Shown piece by piece: positions 51,111 through 64,000 of a DNA stretch of 64,000 nucleotides (positions within the stretch are counted from its first letter, which is position 1; each line of letters opens with the position of its first letter). A program made the translations under genes and the position numbers. The stretch lies in NCBI GenBank assembly GCA_951406725.2, contig OX597838.1:10354001-10418000 (forward strand), in the 5' to 3' direction. Under the pieces are notes generated by a model that saw only the letters and a list, made by a program, of their open reading frames with translations, did no database searches and was not told where the DNA came from. This DNA comes from Octopus vulgaris. Lineage: Eukaryota.

Positions 51111-52431
51111 TCCAGTTTTTAACTGGTCCCTATTTTATCAACCCCAAAAGGATGAAAGGCAAAGCTGGTTCCGGCAGCATTTGAACTCAGAACATAAAGA
51201 CAGATGAAATGACACTAAGCATTTTACCCAGTGTGCCAACAATTCTGCCGGCTCACTGCCTTAAGTCTCGGCATAAGATATTGGTATGAATACTGTTCCT
51301 TGGTTTGCTGTCACCTTTGTGGCAGCTGGTCAGTGTAGAGGTGGTATGAAACAACATATGGTTGGGTAAGGTCTGTATGGACAAGCAGATGCTAATAAGC
51401 CTTGTAGGCCGCGAGACTATCCCAGAGTTTTAAATCATCGTAAGAGCAGAGAGAGGAAGACAATCAGGCTGGTTGTTTGGGGCGGAAAGTGTGGTTACTT
51501 ATAGTAACTGTGTAGGACTTAAAGAGGAGAAGGAAAGGATGTAACGAAACAGAGGAGCAGATAACAGTGGGGAAAGACACCTACTTCTGTTCATTTATTT
51601 ACGTGCCGATGGCACGTAAAAAGCACCCACTACTCTCATAGTGGTTGGCATTAGGAAGGGCATCCAGCTGTAGAAACTCTGCCAAATCAAGATTGGAGTC
51701 TGGTGCAGCCATCTGGTTCGCCAGCCCTCAGTCGAAATCATCCAACCCATGCTAGCATGGAAAGCGGACGTTAAACGATGATGATGATGATGATGATGAT
51801 TATTTATACTCTAAACTCTCATAATCTGGCACAAAACCACCTCCTTCGATACTACTCCCCACTCAGTTGAGGTGGGGCGGTTTTGTCTTGCAGGTTACTT
51901 GGTGACTTCACTAATGCTGGTGCTACATTAGAACAGAACCCTGTACACTCTGTAAAGGGTTGGTGTTAGGAATGGCATCCAGTCGTAGAAACGATGCCAA
52001 ATCAGACAGTAGAGCCTGGCCAGCCCCTGTCAAACCATCCAATCCTTGCTAGCATGGAAGAAGGACCATAAATGACGATCAGCATCATCATCATTGTCGT
52101 CATCAGCAACACCACCACCACCAGTGAGAGAGAGTGAAGAAGAGAAAGAGAGGAGAGAGAGAGGGTGTGAGAGAGACAGAATGAGACAGAAAGTGAGAGA
52201 GAGCAAGAGTAAGAGAAGACAAGAGAAGTGGTGACAATGTGCCAGGGGCATACTCTCAAGAATGCGAATATAAACAGAATGGCAGAGGATTGCCCAGGAA
52301 GTTCACAAAAGTGCAAAAAGTGGGGAGAGAGGGGAATGTGGTGAGTGGTGAAACACAGGTATAAGGGGCAACAGTAGGAAAGCAGGGATACAGTTGGAAA
52401 AGGGGAGCACAAGATTGAGCTGTAGGGAAGC

Positions 52432-52465
<34 letters not shown>

Positions 52466-53474
52466 GGAGAGAGAGAGAATGCATGATTAAAAGCCCTATG
52501 GCCCTTTCATTCCAGGTTGTGCTTCCATACCTGGAGGTTTTTCTCCAATTCTGCATAAAGAACAAGGTCATGAATATATAGTAGTTCCTTTGAGCAGCCA
52601 GTTTAAAATTGTTTTGTTATAGCCTAGAGGACCGTGATGAACAAGAGCGGACTAAGGACTGAGCCCCAGTGAACCCATACTTGTACACTAAATTCATTCC
52701 TGTACTAATGGCCAAATCCCACCCTACAGACAGCACTGCTATACAGCAGGGCTTGTACAGCTCTATGCTGAACCTGGAATGTATCTTTTTCCTTTTATCT
52801 TCTATTTCTTTCAGTCATTGGACTGTGGCCATCCTGGGCACCAGCTTGAAGAATTTCTTCAGTCAAATGAATCAACCCCAGTACTCTTATTGGTCTCTTT
52901 TACTGAATCATTAGGTTACAAGGATGCAAACACACCAACACCGGTTGTCAAGCGGTCAACACACACACACACACACACAATAGACTCCTTTTAGATTCTA
53001 TCTACCAAATCCACTGAGGTTTGGTCAGCCCAAAGCCATAGGAGTTACTTGGCCAAGGTACCATTCAGTGGGAGTGAACCCAGAACCATGTGGTTGGGAA
53101 ACAAGCTCCTTACCACTCAGCCATGCCTGCGCCCATCTGTAGCTTTTTTTTCTTCTTTTTATTTGTTCATAGTATAATGTTCTTGGCTCCAATCTGAAAA
53201 ACAAGGTGAAGAATACTATTGCTTGCTATACTTTGCACCACTTCACTTGGACTGTCACAAGGTGGATTGAGTGTGTGAGAGAGATGGGTTTGTATGTGTA
53301 AAAGTGCGTGTGTGTGTGTGTATGTGTATGCCTGTGTGTATGGGCATGCTTGTATGTGTGTGTGTAAAAATGTGGGGCTGGGGGGAGTCGGTGGATGGAG
53401 TTTGATAATTTTCATTCATTTTTCACAATCTGCTCTAGAGATAGAAAATTATCTAAGACAGAGGGGGAAAAAGG

Positions 53475-53520
<46 letters not shown>

Positions 53521-55324
53521 GTATAAAGAAAGAGTGTAAAACAGGGTGATTAAATAAAACTTTCCATTATCCATTGAAACATTGCTGAAGTCAAAGTCCA
53601 ATGGAAGACCAAACATGAGGAAAACACAAAATAAACAAAGAAACTAAAAAAAAAAAATGAATAGGTTTTGATTGTTGTTCTTTCTCTATTTGAAACAGCT
53701 TTGGTTGACTCAGTCACTACACATAATGAAGCTGATAGGATGAGGTGAAATTCTTATCATTAGACCTTGGAACCATTTGTGTAGCTTTCAGTGAAAATAT
53801 GTTTTACTATAATAAAATGGGTCATGAAATAAATTAAAGTCAACTACAGGTGATGATGTTATTAACAGAGGGCTTCTCTCAAAATATTCCTTACCTTGTA
53901 CCATCATCATCGTCGTCATCATCATCACCATCATTTAACGTCCACTTTCCATGCTAGCAGTTTGAGCTGGAGAACTGCACCAGGTTCCAGTCTGATTTGG
54001 CATGGTTTCTCTATGGCTGGATGCCCATCATAACGCCAACCACAGATAATCCCGGGTCATCAAAGCTTTCTCACTTATTATATTACATATCTGAGATCCA
54101 ATTGTCTGTGTGTTTACTATGTTGAGTTGATAGTGCTGGTATGGCAGTGAGGGTAAGAAGTTTGCTTTGCAGCCATGTGGTTTCAAGTTCAATCCCACTG
54201 CAAGGCACTTTGGGGCAAAAGTCTTCTATATAACCCCGGGCTGACCAATATACCTTATGAGTGAATTCGGTTGAAACTGAAAAGAAACCTGTCATACCCC
54301 CTCCCCAATACATATATGTATACACACACACACGTGTGTGTAAGGGCATATTTATATATGAGTGTGTGTCTCCTTCCTTGTGTTGACACTAATTGTAAAC
54401 AAATATCACCATGATACACACACTATCATTTATTTGCAATCTCCATGAAATGGTCAAAACGAGTATAAAATATCACCTTTCTTAGAAGCGGTTGAGGTTT
54501 AGTGATGTGTATAGGGAGTTTTTTTTGTGTATGATATTTGCTGTGAAGATTTTAAAGTTTTATACTCAGAAATTCTGTATGAAGTATGTTGGGCCATGTT
54601 GTATGATGTTTGAAAGCATTTTATTTTGACGGTTGGGAGATGTTGTTTGATGACTGTTGAGAAATATTGAATGACTATATATTATGAAGAGTTTTGTGAT
54701 GTATGTTGGGAAATGATGGATTTATTCCATCATCTGCCAATACTTGAAGTCACAAGTTTTTAGACAACTAGTCAAAAACATCAATGATTGATGTCCTAGC
54801 ACTAACACAGCTTAATGTCCTCAGCCAAGTCATTCAACCAGTCTGCTTAAGCTGTCATGCAGTCAAGTCAGTAAAGTAAAGCTAAGTATTGGGTATGGCT
54901 TTAAACTGAATTCAGTTGTGGGGTCCTGGTTTGGAAGTTCCAAGGGTTTGAGGAGTGTAGAACCACCTCCAGTTCCTGGATTTAATCTGACCTAGAGTAG
55001 TAGCACCTATCAGTGTTTCAGCAATGAGTTAATTAGCATATCAGGGCTTGCCTACCAATGACATGTGAAGACTAGATCCAGCAGACTTCACAGAAGAAGC
55101 CTTCATGTTGCAATGGAGGTGATGGTAGCTGCAACAATATATTGTGGCGAGCAGAGAACAAGATGAGGCAAGACATCTTGTTCATTCCCAGCATCCATCT
55201 CCATCTTCACTTGTCTTGACCTAGTGTTGCCACTGGGTTGAAGATGGTCACAAATGGGAAAGTGAGGTTGATGGTGTGTAACACCTCTTTCCTTTAAAGT
55301 CACTGAGAAAGTCATTCGTCATCC

Positions 55325-55554
55325 TTAACCCTTTCGTTACCATATTTATTTTGAGATGCTCTGTGTTTCATTCAATTAATTTTAAATATAACAAAGAATT
55401 TAATAAAAGAACTTAGTTATCATTAAGCTAGTGTTGGGAACATAAAATGTGACTAAGGTTTGGTGGAAGATTTTAATTCAATATTTATGAAAACAAGACA
55501 TTTGTACTACAGAGCCAGAGGCGGTTTTGGCCAGGTTGATATCAAAAGGGTTAA
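55325..55554. mobile_element. TTAA-flanked MITE, family A
   Basis: Same termini and body as 26519-26737. Confidence 0.8.
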
Positions 55555-58500
55555 GGATGTCTAGATGGTCTAGAAGACAAACACGAAGGTAAAGCTTGCT
55601 TCTTCAGGGAGAAGGGGTTTATATTTCGTTAGCTGAGGTCAACCTTTCTTTCCATCCTTCACAAATCAATAAAGTACCAGTCTAAAGCAATGAATTGGTA
55701 GAACCATTAGATCATTGGACAAGATATCTTGCAGGGTTTTTTCTGCATTCGGACTAGGTCTCCAGTTTAAGGGCATACCTTCCTCTCTACCTTTCACTGG
55801 TTTTGAAGGCCTTGTGTAAGGCCATAGGCACAGCCCTTCCTAGAGACTAAGCAATAAGAAAAGAAGCTGGTGAAGATAATAGGATCCTGAACATTCTGAA
55901 AATGTTTCACCAAATGTCATGAAGTTTTTATGCCTCAAAAAAACCATTCTTTTTAATTGTTGTTGAGTTTATGCTCGTTTTGGAAAATGTTTCCTGAATT
56001 TCTCCAGAGTGCAGTTTGGCCTTTATCAGTTCCATAATTGGTTGGTCTTTCTAAGAATTTTATAAAGAGTTATTATGTTTTGTTTTCTTTCAGAGTTTCA
56101 AACCAGAAGGTGGGGTACTGGTGATCAAACTGGAAAATGTCTTTGGGGACATTCAAAGAATTAACAGTGAAGAAGGTAGACATATTGATTTATTACTTGG
56201 CCCTGTCACAAGGTTCATTTTCTTTTCTAATTTTCAAAAGAATTTCATCACTGAAATTTACTTTCAGTGTAATCATCATCATCATCATCGTTTAACGTCC
56301 GTTTTCCATGCTAGCATGGGTTGGACGGTTCAACTGGGGTCTGGGAAGCCAGAAGGCTGCGCCAGGCCTAGTCTGTTCTGGCAGTGTTTCTACAGCTGGA
56401 TGCCCTTCCTAATGCCAACCACTCCGAGAGTGTAGTGGGTGCTTTTTATGTGCCACCTGCACAGGTGCCAGACGAGGCTGGCAAACGGCCACGATCGGAT
56501 GGTGCTTTTTACGTGCCACAACAATTCTTCCGTGTCACTTTACCTGTGGTCTACTTGACCATTTGCACTTTAACATGTTAACTCTAACCTCTACCTTAAA
56601 CCTGAACGTTAACTCTAACCATAACACTAAGCCTTATTAGGTAATTTCACAGCATAGACTATGGATACTGCAGTAGATCACATGCTAAAGTAGCACCAAT
56701 TTTTCTAAATCACCTAAGCTGCTACCATTTAGTTCTTACGTAAGTAAATTAATGGTAGCATGCAGTAAAGTCTTTTACCCAGACACTCAACAAAATGCCT
56801 GCACTGCACTGGAAATTACAAAATGGGAGTTGGTATATCGATAGTTATGTCCACTCAAACAGTTCGCCTTTGATATGGGATCTTTTCTTGAAGGCCAAAA
56901 TGTGAGGAAATATGTTTTTAATTCTCTGGCGGTGGAGAGGAAAACAAAGCTCAATACTTGAATATATTTAGTTTGGTGAGCTGTAGTTTTATTCCTTTTC
57001 ATGCCTCTGAAAGGCTTGGAATATTGATAAAAGAAAAATAAACCGGCAAAACTTTTAATAAAGAAATTAATCCAGGGCATAAGAAATTTAGGTGTATCTA
57101 CATGTAAACTTTTAAATGCGCTCTCACAATAACAGCACCTTTGTAATAATAGCTGGATTACGACTTGAATTGGAATTTCTCTCATCCAGTTACCAAAACC
57201 ATTTCAACCTCAATGAAGGACAGGCACGAGACCTGAGAGGGATGGTGAAAGAAAATACGAACACTTCAATTTCACCTCAAAGGTATGCAAGACGGAATTT
57301 TGAAAAAATTGTATTGTAATAGTGCCGGTATCTAGAAGGTATTCATTTACATTCCAGTCTTTTATAGAATCGTTGTTATTAAATTGTTTGGATGTTAAAT
57401 GGCAGAACGCTGGTCAGAATATCTTGCGGTATTTACGTTACGTTTCTTTTCATTCTGAGTTAAAATCCCGTCGGTGTCAACCGCCCCTTGCAGTTTTGTT
57501 TGATAAACTACAGACCCTATAATATTCAGTACCCGCTCCCAAAGTTTATTTAACCTTGTGTCGTTATGAGAAATCATAAAGTAACGGAAAAGTGTGTTGG
57601 ACAAAATGCGTTACGACTCAAAATTTTGATTCTCAGTTATCGATGAAAGTTCTTTGAAAAAGCATAACTGTCGCAACTTCACATTTGTCCCACCCACAAA
57701 AAAAGCGAGACCTTGTGCCTCTATTATAACTATTTCTATAATGTCAGGGGGAAAAAAAAAATCAAATGTTTTGTTTAAAAAAAATGTTGAGACATCTATA
57801 ACTGTATACTGGAAAGAGTTTTATTATTTTGAAAGAATTCCATTTTTTTCTTTATTAAAAAGTACATGGAAAATAGATATGTATGCATTTTAAATATAGG
57901 TAATCCGTTACGTATATTCAACAATATTTGGGGACAATTTTATTTCTAATCTGATGGTTGGAAAATGAATTTAGGTTTTAGACGCTAACAGATCCAATGA
58001 GAAATCAAATAAAGAAGTTTTAGAAGAAATAAAATTTACTAATTAATCCATTAATAACTATAACAAGAGCAATCGCAATATGTTGCTATTACAATAGGAA
58101 AAGAAAAATATAAGTGCACAGATTGAATGAAAATCCAGGTATGAATAAGTATATATAGGTATATAAGTAAAAAAAGATTATTTCATTAGTATAGGAAAGT
58201 GTATAAAAGTCTAGTAAACTAATCTTTAAACACATGTGGAGAGTTTGAAGGTCATAAATTCGTTATAGCTAACGATGCAAAAATTAAAGGTAAGGATTAA
58301 GTTTTACAGGTAAGAAAGTCAGGTAGTAATTTTAGTGGACGACGACTCATCAACAGGTTTCATACACCTTAATGTTGTCAGTGACCAGATCGCAGTTTCG
58401 ATCGACGAAGTATTTGATTCTATATTATAAATAATTAAATGTTTTAAGTGAAGTTGTTAAATCTTTGTAGGTTTTTTTTTTTTGGGTTTGAATGAATGGC

Positions 58501-58612
58501 TAAACATGTGTCTTCCAGGCCAGAATCGGTTTCGGTTCCAACCACACGGGTCTCGGATAAGAAATGACTTGCCTTGGCAAGTTACAACTTCGTAAACTCT
58601 GTATATATATAA

Positions 58613-58749
58613 AGGTTGTCCCAAAAGTTCGTAGAAAGTCTTGGAAAATAATGGTCTTTATTTTGAGGAATAATTTTTGTTGTTCTTGTTAGTACTTGGC
58701 GAGTAAGAATTCAATTTTCGCAAGTGTTGACGAACTTTTGGGACAACTT
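58613..58749. mobile_element. Short Tc1/mariner-type MITE
   Basis: TIRs AGGTTGTCCCAAAAGTTCGT / ACGAACTTTTGGGACAACTT in TA-rich flanks. Confidence 0.7.
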
Positions 58750-59392
58750 AATATTTATATATATTTATATATATATATATTTTTGGTAATAATTAATTGA
58801 TGATTAATTCTAAGAAGATAACGAACTGAAGAATAATTTCTTCATGTAATGTTTAGAAATGGTAAAGATTCTTGTAATATTTTTATCGGCGAGTAAAAAG
58901 AGTCATGTAAAGATTCTGGTTCCGTTGATAGTGAAGTGAAAGAAAAGAAGGCAGCCTCCTATAAAATTTGTTTCGGCGGTGGCATAACCACAACAAAACT
59001 CTTGGAAACTGCCTGAAATTCTGAGGCAAAACAAGGCCACATTTATACGCAAATAAGGCTGCTAACTATTGGAGAAAAAGTATTTCTTTGAAGAAACAAA
59101 ACACTGAAATAAATAACTGTAAATTTTTTAAATAATAAATATTAAAAAAAAACTGTGTAATTTATATATATTACGATTAAAAAAAAAAATTTTTTTTAAA
59201 TATATATATATATAGAAACTCAATATTTCTTATATATATATGTATGTATGTGATGGTTTAGTTTTATTTATTTTTTTAAATTACATATTTTTTATCCGTT
59301 AATCAAACTAACTCAGCAGCTTTTTTTTTTTGTAATTTTATTTTATTTTATGTTATTTTATTTTATTTATTTGTTTGTATTTTTGCTGAATT

Positions 59393-59528
59393 CTAAAACG
59401 AGACTGTTTCTTCTCCTCCTCCTCCTTCCGCCGCTGCCGCTGCTGCTGCTTCTTCTTCTCCGGTTGTTTCCCCTTCTCCTCCTGCTCCTCCTCCGCTACT
59501 CGCGTGGGCAGTGTCGTCCATTAGAGAC
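59393..59528 (-). other. Candidate terminal coding exon of an unidentified minus-strand gene
   Basis: Acceptor ctttactacag|G, phase 2, SLMDDTAHASSGGGAGGEGETTGEEEAAAAAAAEGGGGEETVSF*; GC-rich island in AT-rich DNA, with AATAAA hexamers just downstream (plus-strand TTTATT at ~59340-59370). No homology recognised. Confidence 0.35.
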
Positions 59529-62500
59529 CTGTAGTAAAGACTTTGAGCTTCTTTCCCAGACACACACACACATACACATTCTTTTAAAGGGGAAAAAATA
59601 AGGGGAAAGACAGGAGAAAGAGAGAGAGAGACACACAAATACCTGAGGACACACACATCCATCTAAATACATATATATACACATATATAATATATATAAA
59701 TAACATATATGTGACCAACAACTTTTTTTTTTTTGAGGGATGTGTTCAGCTCTTTAAATGAAAAGAATGAATTCCTTGTGGCAGCCGTAACAAAAACTGC
59801 TTTTCTATCCCCTCCACCGATCACCAGAGAAGTTCATATGTTTCTTGCCGCCGCCAAACTGAACTTCCCAATTCAATCAATCTCGGTTCGAACGTGTTTG
59901 AAGAAGGCACATCTCCACACATCTCTCCACCAAAATGGTAGTTTGCAGAGGAAGAAGACACCACCTCCTCGCATCATCTTCTTGGTCTGATAATTCCTTG
60001 CTGTCTTCTGCATCCTAGGACGATTAGATTCAGGCTTTTTTTTTTTTCCCTTCTTCTTCTTCTGCCCTTCCCCCCCAAGTATGAATACAGACCATGTGAA
60101 TTTTGGGGGGTTTTCATTTACCCTTATTTAAAAGCTGTGGACATCTATATTCTTCTTTTTTCTTTCTTCCCTACCTTACCTTACCTTAAAAACTGGATTT
60201 TTACAAAGCACTGGAAACACATTTTTCTTCATTAATTTCACACTTTATATATTGATCGTTGTTTTATTATTATTATTTCTTTTGGAATCTTTCACCTCAA
60301 GGTTGGCTGCTCTACAAGGCCCCCGAAATTCCTCCACAACACTTCTTTTTTACATACACACATACTACACAAAAAACAAGCCACAGAACATCTCTCCTTA
60401 GCTTTTTTCTGCGATATATATATATATACTCCAAACCAAACCACAATTGCATATAATAATAATAATATTTTTGCCCCCCACCTTCATCAGCGATCCTTGA
60501 AATTCACAAAACGGACAAGAAATCCTTTTAGCGAAGTCCTGCCTCTGGTAAAAAAACCATTTCTTTTATTTATATTTCTCTTAAAAAAAAAAAAAATGAC
60601 CCCCCCCCCCAAATACTTAGTATGGCGATGAATTTTAAATGTCAAGCCTCTCTCTCTTCGCATTAATAAGATGCTCAGATTTTCAGTATTTAATTTGTGT
60701 TAATTACTTTGAAGACCTTAATTTCATTACAATTCTGTCCCTCCTGCATTTTCCCTGCAAACCAGATTTAACTTTTATCAATCGCAATGTCTTTCATCTC
60801 CCTCCTCAAAATCCTATATGTATAATAATAATAATGCAAGAAGAAGACCTTGACTAGTTTCCTATCCATTTTTAATACCTTCACTCAGCTTATAAAACCC
60901 ACAAGATACACATATATATATATATGTATATATATATTTATTTTACCCCATGGTTTTTTCAGTAAAGCCTGCACAACTGGTTCCATGACCTATTAACTTT
61001 TTTTTTTCCCACCTCTTCTCTGAAGAAATAAGTCATGGTCTTCTTTCTATTTTAAGTAATTATCTCTAGGGAATCGATGTAGAAATTGGTGAAAGGGGGG
61101 ACCCTCCTCTTTTAATTTCCTTTAACCATTTTAGCTTAATTAACTTTAACAGTTTTCCTTTTTTCTTTTTAAAAAAGACCCCCTCAAACAACCCCCTGTT
61201 TTAAATCCATGTAAAGCACATGCATTTATATATATATATATTGTGCATACGGTTAGATAAGAATTTAATCTAGTTGTATGTACACACGTGTACACAAACC
61301 AACAGTCTTTAAAAATCTGTCTGTCTCTACTCTCTCTCTATATATATATTTCTGTATATTTCCCCTCTTTCACGTTCAAGATTGCTGAATTTGTGAATTT
61401 GATTCTGGAATTCCTCAACCGAACCCCCCCAAAATGAAGTTTATTCGATGTAATAAAGGTGAGATTTTTTTTTGATTTTTTTTTTTCTATTTTTCATTTA
61501 CCTTTTTCATTTTTTTTTTTTGGCAATTTTTAACACATGGACTTGTAAAGCCAAAATTAATTGGATTTGAATTATTTTTTTTTTAATTATTATTAATTAA
61601 TAAGTGTTTTTTTTTTCGTTGATGATGATGATGAATGATTCAAGTTGGTTGTTTTTTTTTTTTTTGTGTGAAAATGCCGAAAAAAGCCTAAATGTGATCA
61701 CGTGTGCCAAGCGTGTCAATGTCAGTTTTTAGTATCTTTGGTTTTGGCCGATTATGGAAGATGTTGCTTTCTTTCTTACTCTTTCTTTTTCACCCTCTCT
61801 CTAATTCTCTCTCTCTCATTCCCTCCTCTGCTTTCTTTCTCTCTCTCTCTCTACATATATATCTCTATCTATCTATCTCTCCTTCCCTCCTGCTTTCTTT
61901 CTCTCTCTATATCTATCTTCTCTCTCTCATTCCCTCCTGCTTTCTTTCTCTCTCTATCTATCTATCTATCTTTCTCTCTCTCATTCCCTCCTGCTTTCTT
62001 TCTTTCTATATATATATATATCTATCTTTCTCTCTCCTTCATTCCCTCCTGCTTTCTCTCTCTCTCTCTCTCTATATATATATCTATCTATCTCTCTCTA
62101 TATATATATCTATCTATCTTTCTCTTTATTTCCCTCCTGCTTTCTCTCTCTCTATATATCTATCTCTCTCTCTCTCTCTCTGCTGTTGCTTTATGTCCCA
62201 CCGATTGTCCTTATCACATTAAGTTTTAAAAGAAAAGAAAAGTAGAAAGACACCCACTCCTCTACACAAACTCGCTAACAACTTTTATATCACTTGTTTT
62301 GTTGTTTTTTTCTTTTTCTGTTTGTTTGTGTTTGTTTGTGTTATTTGTTTCTTAATTTTCTTTCTGATTCTTCGTTTTTTTGTTTTTTTTTCTGGCTGTT
62401 TTTTTTTGAATCACGTGGAGGACTTATTTTGTGGATTTGTGGTAGAAACAAAAAAAAAAGAAAAAAGAAAGCAAATACTTACTACTAACTAACAACCTAT

Positions 62501-64000
62501 ATAAACTCTCTCTGTCTGTCTGTCTCTCTTTCTCTGTCTATCGTTCAGTCTGGAGTACCTACATGTGAACGAGTACACTTATACTCGTTTGCACGCGTAC
62601 TCTCATACTTAGGAAAAGAAATCGCTTTCTTGCGTCCATTAATTGAAAAGGATTCATCTGTGGGTGGGATCGGAGCATTTTGCCACTTGCTATAAAGTCT
62701 TATCTCATAAGATACGTATGTCTGTGAATGTCTATATACATATATATATATATATAAAGTATTCATACATACGCACACCTTATATAACCTTTCCCGTTAT
62801 CCTTGTTTGAGCTCGCCTATCAATTGTTAATTAGGTGTTTAAAGTCATATATATATACATATATATACATATATATATTAGAGATTTGCTCCATCTCGAT
62901 CAGGCTTACTACGAACGACTGCATTCCATGTTTCTCTCTGCACACAACTTCTAAATTAACATCTCCTGAAAGTCAAAGCTCAAACTTTCTCGTGGCTTTT
63001 TTTCTTAAAGCATGGACTTGTAAAAAAATAGGATATCTACTCTATGCTTGAAAGACTTTTTTAGTTTTCTGCCATCCTTTAGTAATTGACATTGACCATA
63101 TCGATTTCTATTTTTTTTTTTTTTTACTATCAATGATTTCGAATTAAAACTATCGATCGATTCGTTTATAAATCCCAATTAATCGGTTTTAAAGCTCCGT
63201 AACATTGATATTCGTTACAAGTTCTGTGTCTCTCTCCTAGGCATCGTGGATTCATTCAAGAGTTGTAAGTAAACTCTTACGGTTTCGAATCTCCTTTGGG
63301 TTTTTTTTTTCCCTTCCTTATTCCTTATTCCCCTCGGTCGCTAAATAATTGCTAACAAGAAACACGAAAGTCCAGAAAAGGGAAAATTAACATTTTTTGA
63401 AGAGATGAAAAAAAAAAAAAAAAATTAAGATTCGAGCAAAATTCTGTTAATTATTCTTTGACCTTGTTATATTTTGTATGTAAATTCATGGAAGGTATTA
63501 AACCGTTCATCTAACCCGAAACGGAATTTATGCAATGAATATTTCCATTTGTATTACATAAACTCCGTCTTGAAGTTTTGAATTAAGACATTCGATTCGG
63601 TAGAGATGTAGTTTTTAGTCTTCCTAACGCTCTGCAAAAGTAACTTAGCCTTTTTTTCTTTTGATATATTAGGTTTCGAGTTTACATTAAATGATGATTG
63701 CCGACATTTTTTAACTGCTCTCTGTAAATATTTTAATACAATCCCCTCTTTTAAATGAGATTTTTTATTTTTTAGCTGTTCATATATATAATCATTAGCA
63801 GTATTACTTTACGCGTTTATATATTAGAAGACTGGATTTTCTGACCGTAACCAAATTCCACCTATGATATTTTTCTAAAATGCCGGCTTCTACATCTACA
63901 TATATATCCATCCATACACCGAATCCGATTTCTTCTAATTAGAAATCAACTTATTATTCAACTCCAACTGGATATACATACATACATGCATGCATATATA

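Noticed and set aside
56578-56632. Interstitial telomeric repeat
   Set aside because: Highly degenerate (TAACCC)-like hexamers; too short and diverged to call.
56787-57185. 132-aa minus-strand ORF
   Set aside because: No recognisable motif, and composition is consistent with a chance ORF in AT-rich DNA.

Overview
AT-rich, repeat-dense eukaryotic genomic DNA. The SINE and microsatellite content looks like an octopus or other coleoid cephalopod (inference). Two protein genes are well supported and lie head-to-head. The first is mitochondrial ribosomal protein L51 (minus strand, three coding exons 6406-6652, 4856-4966 and 2484-2704, 192 aa, phase-consistent GT-AG junctions). The second is pinin, encoded as one uninterrupted ORF (20792-22588, +). 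The rest is mostly tRNA-type SINEs, an (ATG)n-tailed retroposon, decayed RTE/CR1/L1-Tx1 LINE pieces, a Tc1/mariner remnant, TTAA/TA/hAT-type MITEs and long microsatellites; nearly all other listed ORFs are artefacts of these. The most unusual signals are: a 5S rRNA head fused to the local SINE tail (candidate SINE3) abutting the MRPL51 poly(A) signal; four fold-back duplications of locally unique sequence, one a perfect 134-bp palindrome; a possible shared MRPL51/pinin promoter; and a SINE-free last 6 kb with candidate terminal exons. Repeat boundaries are approximate and were read by eye.
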